Origin: Candidatus Korobacter versatilis
GTDB lineage: Bacteria; Acidobacteriota; Terriglobia; Terriglobales; Acidobacteriaceae
Assembly: GCA_016185395.1 (NCBI GenBank)
Contig: JACPNR010000009.1
Location: forward strand, 295,843 to 359,842
Direction: 5' to 3'
Length of the DNA stretch: 64,000 nt
Shown: positions 49,607 through 59,062 of the stretch, piece by piece
Layout of the letters: each line of letters starts with the position of its first letter
How positions within the stretch are numbered: the stretch's first letter is position 1
Position numbers and translations under genes: made by a program
The notes under the pieces: generated by a model
Told to the model about the DNA's origin: nothing
Databases searched by the model: none
Seen by the model: only the letters and a program-made list of their open reading frames with translations

Positions 49607-50227
49607 CTACGTCAGCCCCGCCCGCCACGCCATGTAGCTCACCACCTCGCGCAGCACGGCGAGGTTGCGCGACCACCAGCCTTGCGGCTTGCCTTGCGGA
49701 CGCGGCGACGTGTACACCGCCACGCCTTCGCGCTCCAGCATCCTGCGGATCCTATAGAGATGATAGGGATCGCTCACCGCGATGCAGGTCCGCATGCCGT
49801 TGCGCTGCATGATGGCGGCCACGCGCGCCACCGATTCGCTGGTGTCATCGCTCTGCGTCTCGGCGATGAGCGCTTGGTCGGGGATGCCGCGCGCGACCAG
49901 GTAGTCGCGCCCCACGCCGCCCTCGCTGAATTTCGGATCGCCTCCCTGTCCGCCGGTCGTGATGACCACGGGCGCGAGCTTGCGCCGGAACAGGTCGTAG
50001 CCGTGGTCGAGGCGCGCCTTGAACACCGGCGAAGGATGCCCGGAATACTGCGCCGCGCCGAACACGATCACCGCGTCGGCAGGACGCGCGTCATCCACCC
50101 GCGATTGGCGGACGACGCGCGCGTAAGTCACGCCCGCGTAGGCCAGGAACGCAGCCAGCGCGGCCCAAAGCAGCCAGCGAAGCGCGCTGCGTTCTTTAGG
50201 ACCGGCTGCGGCGGACGAACGGCTCAC
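49607..50227 (-). CDS. YdcF/DUF218 family protein (SanA/ElyC-like), N-terminal membrane anchor
   Basis: ADAVIVFGAAQYSG...VVITTGGQGG...DTSESV...AVSDPYHLYR pattern. Confidence 0.75.
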   Translation of the reverse strand: MSRSSAAAGPKERSALRWLLWAALAAFLAYAGVTYARVVRQSRVDDARPADAVIVFGAAQYSGHPSPVFKARLDHGYDLFRRKLAPVVITTGGQGGDPKFSEGGVGRDYLVARGIPDQALIAETQSDDTSESVARVAAIMQRNGMRTCIAVSDPYHLYRIRRMLEREGVAVYTSPRPQGKPQGWWSRNLAVLREVVSYMAWRAGLT

Positions 50228-50244
50228 GCTTTACGCGTCTCCGT

Positions 50245-50934
50245 TCACGCGTCACCTAAAAGGTCGAGCAACTCCTGCCGCGTGATGGCGCCTTCGCGCT
50301 GCACGCTCCAGCGGCCGTCCGCGTCGGTGAGGTCCACGATGGTCGAGGCCACCGAGCGTGGCGACACGCCGCCATCCACGATGATGGGGATGCGGTCGCC
50401 GAGCTGCTCCTGCACGCCCTTCGCGGTCGTGCACTCTTTCGCGCCGGAAAGGTTGGCGGAGGTCGCCGTGATTGGCACCTTCGCCGCGCGGATGACCGCC
50501 AGCGGTATCTCCGCCGCGGGCACACGCAGCGCCACGTTGCCGGTATTGGCCGTGACCCGGAGCGGCAATCCCGACGCCGCTTTCACGATCATCGTCAGCG
50601 GCCCGGGCCAGAACTTGCGCGCCAGCAGGTAGAACACGTCGCTCTGCGGACGCGCGAGCTCCTCTGCCTGGTCCACGCTCTCGATCAGCAGCGAGAGCGG
50701 CTTGTGCCGCGAGCGCGATTTCACTTCATAGATCTTGTCCACGGCGCGCAGGTTCAGCGGATCGGCGGCGAGGCCGTAGAACGTGTCCGTCGGCATGCCG
50801 GTCACCTGGCCCGCGCGGATGCGCTCGGCCACGTACGTCACCAGCTTGGCTTCCGGTTGGTTCGGATTGATCTTGATGATCTCGGCTGGCAATCCGCGTC
50901 CTCTGAAGAACCCTGCGTTCGGCATCGCTCCCAT
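50245..50934 (-). CDS. tsaC: L-threonylcarbamoyladenylate synthase (YrdC/TsaC family)
   Basis: MPTDTFYGLAADP, KSRSRHKPLSLL, WPGPLT and SANLSG motifs. Start at ATG 50934 or 50925. The 542-aa track ORF is an extension antisense to the next gene. Confidence 0.85.
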   Translation of the reverse strand: MGAMPNAGFFRGRGLPAEIIKINPNQPEAKLVTYVAERIRAGQVTGMPTDTFYGLAADPLNLRAVDKIYEVKSRSRHKPLSLLIESVDQAEELARPQSDVFYLLARKFWPGPLTMIVKAASGLPLRVTANTGNVALRVPAAEIPLAVIRAAKVPITATSANLSGAKECTTAKGVQEQLGDRIPIIVDGGVSPRSVASTIVDLTDADGRWSVQREGAITRQELLDLLGDA

Positions 50935-51072
50935 TGCAAGGCCTCCCGAATCGCGAAACGTACCATACCACTTTCCCTTCTCACAAGTCCGGCGCTCCGG
51001 TTTTGCCTGGGTGGGATACCGGAAACTCGCCCAGCGTAGAATTGACGTTCGTGTTTCCTGAGGGAGTTCCCC

Positions 51073-51885
51073 GTGCCCACGACCGACCGCAGCCGCTTGC
51101 GCAAGATCGCCAGCAGTTCCAACGGCACCGTCCAGGGACTGCGCAAAGCGTTCTCGCGCGCCGAGCAAACAGAAGACGGCTTCATCGCCATTGAGAGCGT
51201 GCGGGTCATCGAAGAAGCCATCCGCTCCGGACTGCGCTTCAAGTCCGTCTTCTTCGCCGAGTCTGCCGAGCCGCGCATCGAGAAGCTGCTGCCGCAGATC
51301 TCCAGCCACGCCGAAACCTTCCTCCTTCCCGACGGCGTCTTCCAAAGCGCCGTCGCCACGGAGACGCCGCAAGGCGTCGCCGCGCTGGTCAAGCTGAAAG
51401 ACTTTTCCTTCGACGATGCCGTTGCCGGCCCCGCGCCGCTCGTCATCGTCGCCGCGGGCCTGCAGGACCCCGGGAATCTCGGCACCATCCTCCGCTCGGC
51501 CGAAGCCTTCGGCGCGACCGGCGTGCTCACCGCGGAAAAGACCGTGAGCCATCTGAACGCGAAGGTCATCCGCGCCGCGGCCGGGTCGCTGTTCCGCTTG
51601 CCGGTGCTGCGCGTCGAATCCGGCGACGCGGTGAAGCGACTCCGCGAGCGCGGCCTGCGCATCGTGGGGACGTCCTCGCACAAAGGGACGCCCGCCACCG
51701 AAGCCGACCTCACCGCGCCGCTCGCACTCTTCATCGGCAGCGAAGGCGCGGGCTTGCCGCGCGAGGTTTCCCGCGAACTCGACGAGACGCTGATGGTCCC
51801 GCACTCTCCGAAGGTCGAATCGCTCAACGCCGGCGTCGCGACTTCCATCCTGCTCTACGAGATCTCCCGGCAAAGAAGCTCATGA
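51073..51885 (+). CDS. TrmH/SpoU-family RNA 2'-O-methyltransferase
   Basis: LQDPGNLGTILRSAEAFG, FIGSEGAGL and ESLNAGVATSILLYE motifs. Confidence 0.88.
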   Translation: MPTTDRSRLRKIASSSNGTVQGLRKAFSRAEQTEDGFIAIESVRVIEEAIRSGLRFKSVFFAESAEPRIEKLLPQISSHAETFLLPDGVFQSAVATETPQGVAALVKLKDFSFDDAVAGPAPLVIVAAGLQDPGNLGTILRSAEAFGATGVLTAEKTVSHLNAKVIRAAAGSLFRLPVLRVESGDAVKRLRERGLRIVGTSSHKGTPATEADLTAPLALFIGSEGAGLPREVSRELDETLMVPHSPKVESLNAGVATSILLYEISRQRSS

Positions 51886-53273
51886 GCCTCTTCGCTCCCA
51901 TCCCGGACGCCGGCGCGGTGGACAAGTCGCGTCCGCTGGCCGACCGCATGCGTCCGCGCACGCTCGACGAGTTCATCGGACAGGAGCAGGTCCTCGGCCC
52001 GGGCAAGCCGCTGCGCGTGGCCATCGAGCGCGACGACACCGGCTCCATCCTCTTCTGGGGGCCGCCCGGCACCGGGAAAACAACGTTGGCGCACATCATC
52101 GCGCGCGCCAGCCACGCCGAGTTCCTCGAATTCTCCGCCGTGCTCTCCGGCATCAAGGAGATCAAGGAAGTGATGGCGCAGGCCGAGAAGGCGCGCGCTT
52201 ACGGCACCCGCACCATCGTGTTCGTGGACGAGATCCACCGCTTCAATAAAGCGCAGCAGGATGCGTTCCTTCCTCACGTGGAGAAGGGCAACATCCGGCT
52301 CATCGGCGCGACCACCGAGAACCCCTCGTTCGAGATCATCTCCGCGCTGCTCTCGCGCATGCGCGTCTACATCCTGAACGCGCTCTCCGAAGACCAGATC
52401 GTCGAGCTGCTCGAGCGCGCGCTCGCGGACAAAGAGCGCGGACTCGGCGAGCTGAACGCCACCGCCTCCGACGAGGTGCTGCGCACCATCGCCAGCTACA
52501 GCTCCGGGGACGCGCGCAGCGGATACAACGTGCTCGAGGTCGCGGCAAATACCGCGGTTTCTACCTCCCAGCCGAATTCCTCGCACCCCAGCAAAACCAC
52601 CTCGGGTGGGCTACCCACGGCGATCATCACTCCCGAGCTGGTGCAGGACGCGGTGCAGAAGCGCATCCTGCTGTACGACAAGAGCGGCGAGGAGCACTAC
52701 AACCTCATCTCCGCGCTGCACAAGTCGGTGCGCAACTCCGACGCCGACGCCTCGCTCTATTGGCTGGGACGCATGCTCGAGGCCGGCGAGGACCCGCTCT
52801 ACGTCGCGCGCCGCGTCGTCCGCATGGCGGTGGAAGACATCGGCCTCGCCGACCCGCAGGCGCTCGCCGTCACGCTGGCCGCGCGCGACGCCATCGACTT
52901 CCTCGGCATGCCCGAAGGCGCGCTCGCGCTCGGCCAGGCGGTCGTCTATCTCGCGCTCGCGCCGAAATCGAACGCGCTCTACACCGCCTACGGCGCCGTC
53001 CTCGAAGACGTGGAGCGGACCGCGCAGCAGCCCGTCCCGCTGCACCTGCGCAATGCTCCCACGGGATTCATGAAGTCCGTGGGCTACGGCAAGGGCTACC
53101 AGTACGCGCACTCGCTCGAGGAGAAGGTCGCGGACATGCAGTGCCTGCCCGAATCACTCGCCGATCGCCGCTACTACCAACCCACCAACGAAGGCCGGGA
53201 AAAGCGCTGGCGCGAGATCATGGCAGAGATCGCGCACCGCCGCGCCGAGCTGGCAAAGAGGCCGAAGGGTTAG
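51882..53273 (+). CDS. rarA: Replication-associated recombination protein A (AAA+ ATPase)
   Basis: LADRMRPRTLDEFIGQ, Walker A GPPGTGKTT, VFVDEIHRFNK, and a C-terminal MgsA-type region with YQYAH. Confidence 0.93.
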   Translation: MSLFAPIPDAGAVDKSRPLADRMRPRTLDEFIGQEQVLGPGKPLRVAIERDDTGSILFWGPPGTGKTTLAHIIARASHAEFLEFSAVLSGIKEIKEVMAQAEKARAYGTRTIVFVDEIHRFNKAQQDAFLPHVEKGNIRLIGATTENPSFEIISALLSRMRVYILNALSEDQIVELLERALADKERGLGELNATASDEVLRTIASYSSGDARSGYNVLEVAANTAVSTSQPNSSHPSKTTSGGLPTAIITPELVQDAVQKRILLYDKSGEEHYNLISALHKSVRNSDADASLYWLGRMLEAGEDPLYVARRVVRMAVEDIGLADPQALAVTLAARDAIDFLGMPEGALALGQAVVYLALAPKSNALYTAYGAVLEDVERTAQQPVPLHLRNAPTGFMKSVGYGKGYQYAHSLEEKVADMQCLPESLADRRYYQPTNEGREKRWREIMAEIAHRRAELAKRPKG

Positions 53274-53362
53274 AGGTTAGGCACCCACCCCCTTCCCCTA
53301 GGGCGTGTTCTCTGCGGAATCGCTTCTATTCCTTGTATTTGCAATGAGATAGGGATAAACCT

Positions 53363-53412
53363 AATCCCGAAGGAATCCCAGTCGAATCCCAATTGAATCC
53401 CAATCGAATCCC
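53363..53412. repeat. Five phased copies of (G)AATCCC with an exact 11-bp period
   Basis: AATCCC occurs at 53363, 53374, 53385, 53396 and 53407, read directly. It lies in an AT-rich non-coding stretch between rarA and the 3' end of the Fic gene. Confidence 0.8.
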
Positions 53413-53624
53413 GGTCGCTTAACCTGGATCTCTGGTCGATTCCCTTTGCCGCCGCGGTGCAGAAAGCTATCAAAGAGCTAAACAGGAGCCGACTAGGCGT
53501 TCCTGCATAGGCGAATAATAAGCGAACATACCTCGCTCGTCAAGTGAAAAGCGCGCTAAATCCTTCTTCCCACCCGAGCAACACCAACGAGGGTGGGGTA
53601 CTCACGGTCTGGGTAGGCTGTCCG

Positions 53625-55139
53625 TTACAACTGATCGCCATATTCCTTCACAGCGACTGCCAGGGCCGCATCAAGCCACCTGCCAAAGGCATCGGCAATT
53701 TCACTCGTCTTGGTCTTGTACGTAAAAACAAACGGCTCGACGGAGCATAAAGAGAATCTCTCGGATACAGATTCGCGGTCCTCTGAATCCTCGTAGGACT
53801 CTAACCGTGAAAATGCGGTGGCCTCCATGATGCCTGTTATCTCTCTTCCCACATGATGAAACGAAACAACGAAAATCATGCGTTCTCTTCCAACACGAAT
53901 GGAGCTCTTGATGAAGTAATGATCCTCGTCGAAGTTGGCAAATTTGCCGGCTTCCTTTGCGGACTGCACCACTTCAAACCTGTACCAGTGGGCGTTCCCT
54001 CGATCGGGGCCACCGTTCACAATGTGGACATCTGGCTCGCCTACTTCCTCAAGTGTTCCCCGAAGCTCCGTAACATATTGCTCCAAGACAGTCCGTGCTC
54101 TCGTTCTCAGTTCCTGAGCAATTGAGTTCACTTGGCGAAGCTCTGCCAGCTTTCGGACGCGTCGTTTCCCAAATTTGTCTGCAAGAGACTCGATGACGGC
54201 AGAAGTCAAGCTCATCTGGTGGGACATGTCGGAGTCTGCGTCAACACTGAGAGCCTGGAGAATCGCTTTGCGCTCCAATCTTGAGAATATTTCTGCGAGC
54301 ACCGACAGTTGGAAGTGGTCGGCCATCTCCAGAGCCTTGATGTATTCGGTCCGAAGGTCACGGTCTACGACCAGCGGAAGGAGATCAGCGCGGAGGAGAA
54401 TCAAGGTCGTGAGCGCGCGAGCTACCCGGCCATTCCCATCTTGGTAGGGATGTATCTGCGTAAAGCGGTGATGAAACCAAGCTGCCACGGTAATGGGATC
54501 GTCATTCCCATACCCGGGCAGCCACGCAAGCAGGTTGTCGATCTCCGATTCCACCTGAACAGGTGGGCAATACTCATGGAGCGTTCCATCCTGGCGCTTG
54601 GGATTGTTCGGTTGCTCCTTGAATTTCCCTTTGAGTAGCGGTATCTCCCGCCGATTACCAAACTGATCTGCTGCCATCGTCATGTCTTGATGCCGAGTTA
54701 GGATGGCATGGAGCTCGTGGATAATTCCCTTCGTCAGTTCGCGATTCTTGGCAACGCAATCGATAACCAGCTGTACCGCTGCCTCTTGGTCGTGAAGGAT
54801 GTCGATAAGACGGGATGGCTCGATGTTGGTGCTGGAGTGCGATACGAGATCCTCCGCGAAGCCGTACGCGACCAGCGCTTCCGTGGTTCCTCTGTCCAGG
54901 TCATAGAGGCGCTCCAAGATGCCAGTCTCCACGCTCAGTCGGCGGATCAAGCGCTTATTAAAGTCCGCTAGCTGGGCCGGGCTCGACTCCTCGAGACGTT
55001 TCTTCGAGGCTCTCCATGTCTCGTATAGAGGCATAGTAGCCAAGTCAATCTTCCTTTCTTCATCGGAGAGAGGCTCAATCGGCTTCCATTTGTAGTCGGG
55101 CATGAGACTGAGTGTATTGAGATTTCGGGACCGTGTCAT
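53625..55139 (-). CDS. Fic-domain protein (AMPylase-type motif) with an unassigned C-terminal region of about 170 aa
   Basis: HPYQDGNGRVAR (nt 54417-54452) matches HxFx(D/E)GNGRxxR, with Y in place of F. The whole gene is visibly AT-richer than its flanks. Confidence 0.88.
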   Translation of the reverse strand: MTRSRNLNTLSLMPDYKWKPIEPLSDEERKIDLATMPLYETWRASKKRLEESSPAQLADFNKRLIRRLSVETGILERLYDLDRGTTEALVAYGFAEDLVSHSSTNIEPSRLIDILHDQEAAVQLVIDCVAKNRELTKGIIHELHAILTRHQDMTMAADQFGNRREIPLLKGKFKEQPNNPKRQDGTLHEYCPPVQVESEIDNLLAWLPGYGNDDPITVAAWFHHRFTQIHPYQDGNGRVARALTTLILLRADLLPLVVDRDLRTEYIKALEMADHFQLSVLAEIFSRLERKAILQALSVDADSDMSHQMSLTSAVIESLADKFGKRRVRKLAELRQVNSIAQELRTRARTVLEQYVTELRGTLEEVGEPDVHIVNGGPDRGNAHWYRFEVVQSAKEAGKFANFDEDHYFIKSSIRVGRERMIFVVSFHHVGREITGIMEATAFSRLESYEDSEDRESVSERFSLCSVEPFVFTYKTKTSEIADAFGRWLDAALAVAVKEYGDQL

Positions 55140-55173
55140 TCCACGGCTTTCAGCACCCTCAGCGGGCGAACAG

Positions 55174-55524
55174 TCAGTTCTTAAACGACGCGATGGCCTC
55201 GGCTTCGCTCTGGTTGAGGTCGAAGACGCGGTTGAGGTTGGTCATCATCATCAGGTCGCGGACCTTGGGGGTAACGGCGGCGAGGCGCAGTTCCCCGCCC
55301 GATTCGCGGGCGGCGCTGTAGGCGCTGACGATCTCGCCGACGCCGCTCGAGTCCACGTAGCTGACGCCAGCCAGGTGCAGAACGAGCTTGCGCGCGCCCT
55401 GGGCGAGCTGCTCGCGCACGGCTGTGTGCAACTGCTGGCTGGATCCGGACACCAGGATGCGGCCTTCCAGTTCCAGTACCGTGATCCCCTCTGACTCCTG
55501 ACGTATCTTCAGCCCAAAGGCCAT
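55174..55524 (-). CDS. STAS-domain protein (anti-sigma-factor antagonist family)
   Basis: 116 aa from ATG 55524. LHLAGVSYVDSSGVGEIV, with the conserved Ser, and RLAAVTPKVRDLMMMTNL. Confidence 0.8.
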   Translation of the reverse strand: MAFGLKIRQESEGITVLELEGRILVSGSSQQLHTAVREQLAQGARKLVLHLAGVSYVDSSGVGEIVSAYSAARESGGELRLAAVTPKVRDLMMMTNLNRVFDLNQSEAEAIASFKN

Positions 55525-55806
55525 TCTGCCTCCGCCACCGGTTGCGGGAGGACGGAAGTCTACCGGAAGGCGCTGCGGAGCGCGACTGTTTTGGCGGGAT
55601 GAACGTCTGCCGCTTCGCCTGACAAGAAAGGAAGCGTCGTGGTCCATTGTTGATCTACTTAGATACCGCCGGCCGGGCCGGCACGCGCCGTTCCAACGCC
55701 GGCGAGATGGACGTGCTCACGGCCGCAGCATGATGAGGAGACGGTCATCCTGATCCGGGCGCAACAACCTGCTAGCGGAATGAGAGCGACCTGCTAACTT
55801 GTTGAC

Positions 55807-57219
55807 ATGTCAGTCGTCCAACGCCGGATGAATGCACGCCTGTTGCGCTTTTCGACCCTCGCCATCCTCCTGCTTTGCACCGCGGCCGCATTCGGGCAAG
55901 CGGACCGCGAAGCGCAGTACAAACAGAGCATCGACGCGTACGTCGAGGCCTTCAACAGCGGCGACGACGCGAAGATGTCGGCATACCTTACCGCCCACAT
56001 GGCGGACGCGAGCTTGCAGCAGCGTCCGATGGCCGAACGGTTGGAGCGCTATCGCTCGATGCACGCCGACTTGAAGAGCCTGAAGCTGGTGGAAATCGCG
56101 GACGTAGAGCTCTCCCTCGAAAAGCAGTCCGTCACGGCGGAGATGCGGGCCGGCAACGGCGAGACCGTCGCGGTGAGTTTCCTGTTCGATCCGCAACCGC
56201 CGAACAAGCTGATGGGATTGCGCATCGAGCTCGGCGCTCCTCGCGCTGGCGGCGCGCCATCTGCTGCGACGAGCGGTCCGGCGCCAACGAACGAAGACGC
56301 CTTCCAGCGCCAGCTCACCGGCTACCTTGACGACGCCAGCAAGCGCGACGAATTCTCCGGCGTGGTGCTGGTGGTGCGCAAGGGCAAGACCATCTTCGAG
56401 CACGCGTACGGATACGCCGACAAACCGGCCAGGACGCCGAGTCGCATCGACACGAAATTCAACCTTGGGTCCATCAACAAGGTCTTTACGCGGCTCTCCA
56501 TCGAAGGCCTGGCGAGCGAGGGCAAGCTCTCGCTCGACGACACCATCGCTAAGTTCCTGCCGGATTATCCAAACAAAGAAGCGGCGCAGAAGGTGACCGT
56601 CCGCCAGCTGCTCGACATGACCTCGGGCATCGGAGACTTTTTCGGCGACCGCTACCTGGCGGCTCCGAAAGACAAGCTGCGCACGCTCGCCGATTACCTG
56701 CCGCTATTCGCCGATAAGCCGCTGCTGTTCCCGCCGGGAACGTCGAATCACTATTCCAATGGCGGCTATGTAGTGCTCGGACTCATCCTCGAGAAGGTCG
56801 CCGGCCAGAGTTACTACGACTACGTGAAGCAGCACATCTTCGTGCCTGCCGGAATGACGGACACCGATTACTACTTCACCGAGCAAAACGTAGCGAACCG
56901 CGCCGAGGGATACACCAAGCAAGCCGGCGACGGGAAAGAGTGGGTGAACAATCGCGCGACGCGTCCGGCACGCGGCAGCTCGGCGGGCGGCGGATATTCC
57001 ACCGCTCCCGACCTGGTGAAGTTTGCGGCGGCGCTCGAAAGCGGCAAGTTCGGGCCTCCGAGTCCCGGCCTGGGCATCGCCGGTGGCGCGCCGGGTGTGA
57101 ACGCGGCGCTCGAAGCCGATGCGCGCGCCGGGTTCGTGGTCGTCGTGCTCAGCAACTACGATCCGCCGTCGGCAGAGCGGGTGGCGAGACAGATTCTGGA
57201 GTGGACGCGGGGGATCTAG
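55807..57219 (+). CDS. Exported serine hydrolase, beta-lactamase/PBP4* family, with an extra N-terminal domain
   Basis: Signal-like N-terminus, SxxK as GSINK, and YxN as HYSNGGY. Confidence 0.82.
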   Translation: MSVVQRRMNARLLRFSTLAILLLCTAAAFGQADREAQYKQSIDAYVEAFNSGDDAKMSAYLTAHMADASLQQRPMAERLERYRSMHADLKSLKLVEIADVELSLEKQSVTAEMRAGNGETVAVSFLFDPQPPNKLMGLRIELGAPRAGGAPSAATSGPAPTNEDAFQRQLTGYLDDASKRDEFSGVVLVVRKGKTIFEHAYGYADKPARTPSRIDTKFNLGSINKVFTRLSIEGLASEGKLSLDDTIAKFLPDYPNKEAAQKVTVRQLLDMTSGIGDFFGDRYLAAPKDKLRTLADYLPLFADKPLLFPPGTSNHYSNGGYVVLGLILEKVAGQSYYDYVKQHIFVPAGMTDTDYYFTEQNVANRAEGYTKQAGDGKEWVNNRATRPARGSSAGGGYSTAPDLVKFAAALESGKFGPPSPGLGIAGGAPGVNAALEADARAGFVVVVLSNYDPPSAERVARQILEWTRGI

Positions 57220-57349
57220 GCGAGCTTCTCGCCGCAGCGGAAGGCAGAAGGATAAGGTCGGGAAACCGAGATGCTTCGTCACTACTCGCGGTCCGGAGAA
57301 AGCGACCGCTCGCCACGCTCCTCAGCATGACCCTTGAGGTGAAGGGGGC

Positions 57350-57766
57350 CTAGAGGAAGCGCGCGCGGTGTTCCTTGAGGATGCACTTGTCCATCACGAC
57401 CTTGATGCCCGCCTTGCGCGCTTTCTTGGCGGCCTCTTCGTGGACCACGTCTTCCTGCATCCAGATGGCGGGGACTTTGAGCTTGATGGCTTCGGCGACG
57501 ACTTCGGGGACAGCGTCGGAGCGGCGAAAGACGTCGACGATGTCGATCTTCTCGGGGACGTCCGCGAGCGTGGCGTAGGCCTTTTCGCCGAGCGCGCCCT
57601 TGATGGTCGGGTTCACGGGGATGATGCGGTATCCGTGATGCTGGAGGTAAGCAGCCACGCCGTAGCTGGGACGCAGCGGGCTCGAGGACAGGCCCACAAC
57701 GGCGATGATCTTCGCGTCCTTGAGGATGTCATGGATCTCGTCGGTCTTTACTTTGTGGGTCGTCAC
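57350..57766 (-). CDS. CoA-binding domain protein (YccU/YneT-like)
   Basis: KIIAVVGLSSSPLRPSYGVAAYLQHHGYRIIPVNP. Confidence 0.85.
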   Translation of the reverse strand: MTTHKVKTDEIHDILKDAKIIAVVGLSSSPLRPSYGVAAYLQHHGYRIIPVNPTIKGALGEKAYATLADVPEKIDIVDVFRRSDAVPEVVAEAIKLKVPAIWMQEDVVHEEAAKKARKAGIKVVMDKCILKEHRARFL

Positions 57767-57881
57767 TCGATGGGCGTCCTCGCGACCGCCTGCACCGCCA
57801 TCAGGGCAGCCATTGTATAGAGAGTGGCGCGCGCCCGCCAGTTGTCTGTGGTATTGGAACCAGCAAGAAGAAGCAGGAGGC

Positions 57882-59057
57882 TTACTCGCTCTTCTTACCG
57901 CCCGCGGGCGCGGACTTCTCCTTGTATTTCTTGAGCGCGGCTTTGCGCAGCGTGTCGCCGATGTTCTTGTTCATCGAGAGCGCCTTCAGGTCGTTGACCA
58001 GCAGATGGTTCTGCAGGGGCAGTCCAATGTCGATGGGCGTGCGCGGATTGTTCACCAGTTGCCGCACCACGCCATAGTTCTTGATGAACTTGCGATTGCG
58101 CGCGATCTCGCGCAACACGCTCTCCTGAACGTTCTTCATGCCGGCAAAGGTCTCGACTTCGGCGTCGGAGAGCTTGGGGGATTGCAGCACCGCGCCGGAG
58201 ACGACCTTCGAGCCGTCGCGGATGAGGATGTAGCGCTCGTCCTTGGAGCCCTTCATCGCCTGCTGCACGCGCTCGCCCACGCTCATCTTGGCGAGCTTCT
58301 GCAGAGTGGATTGCCGTTCGCGGACTTTCTGCTCGGCGACGCGCATCTTCTGCGTGGTCTCGTCGAGCGCCGGAGCGGTGGCGGCGGCTGTGGCAGCAGG
58401 GGTGGCGGTTGCCTCCGCGGCTTCGGCGGCCCTGGCAGCGGCCATGTCTTCTTCGTCTTCGAGGGAACCGCCCACGAGCTCGAAGGCCTTGCCTTCTTCG
58501 GCGGCGATCTCGGCGGCGTGGTCGATCTCGTACTGCGTCTTGCCGCTTTCGAGTCCCTGGTAAGCCTCAAAGGTGCCGGTGTCTTCGCCGAGATTGCCGA
58601 GCGCGCCTTTGAGCTCTTCGTACTCTTCGCGGCTGAGGTGATGGTTGGTGGCGAGGGCGTGCAGGACGTCTTTGGAAGCGCGCACACGCGGCGACTTGAG
58701 CATCATGTCCACGATCTCGCGCAGCGGCGTTTGCGCCATCTGCTGCAAGGTGGCTTCGCGCACGGAGGGATTCTCGAGCAGCGCGGGGACGAGCTTCGGC
58801 CGGCGGTTCTCGGGCGCGCAGAAATACTGCAGGACCTCCCACGCCGTGCTCGGGTCGGAGCAGAGGGCGATGGAAGCTCGCTCGTCCCATGCCGCGAGCG
58901 TCATCTTGGCTTGCTCGGCGAAGAGGGGATTGGTGGTGAGGAAGACGAGGATCTCGACCATCTCGGCGGAGGAGAGCGCGAGCGCGCCTTTGGCGGCCGA
59001 GCGCATGACGTTCGCCGGCACGGCGGACTGCTTGATGAGGTCGAGCATCCGCGCCAT
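57882..59057 (-). CDS. Hypothetical protein, helical-repeat-like halves separated by an acidic/Ala-rich spacer
   Basis: 391-aa ORF starting 5 nt downstream of the RodZ-like gene. No family recognised. Confidence 0.65.
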   Translation of the reverse strand: MARMLDLIKQSAVPANVMRSAAKGALALSSAEMVEILVFLTTNPLFAEQAKMTLAAWDERASIALCSDPSTAWEVLQYFCAPENRRPKLVPALLENPSVREATLQQMAQTPLREIVDMMLKSPRVRASKDVLHALATNHHLSREEYEELKGALGNLGEDTGTFEAYQGLESGKTQYEIDHAAEIAAEEGKAFELVGGSLEDEEDMAAARAAEAAEATATPAATAAATAPALDETTQKMRVAEQKVRERQSTLQKLAKMSVGERVQQAMKGSKDERYILIRDGSKVVSGAVLQSPKLSDAEVETFAGMKNVQESVLREIARNRKFIKNYGVVRQLVNNPRTPIDIGLPLQNHLLVNDLKALSMNKNIGDTLRKAALKKYKEKSAPAGGKKSE

Positions 59058-59062
59058 GTTGC

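Noticed and set aside
50935-51873. Upstream part of the 542-aa minus ORF
   Set aside because: It is antisense to the TrmH-family gene. YrdC-like sequence only begins at MGAMPNAG (50934).
53363-53412. CRISPR array
   Set aside because: The repeat unit is only 11 bp with no spacers, and no cas genes are present in the window.
53380-53415. tRNA gene or tRNA 3' fragment (TCGAATCCC motifs)
   Set aside because: No acceptor, D or anticodon arms can be drawn. The motif is part of an 11-bp tandem repeat rather than a cloverleaf.
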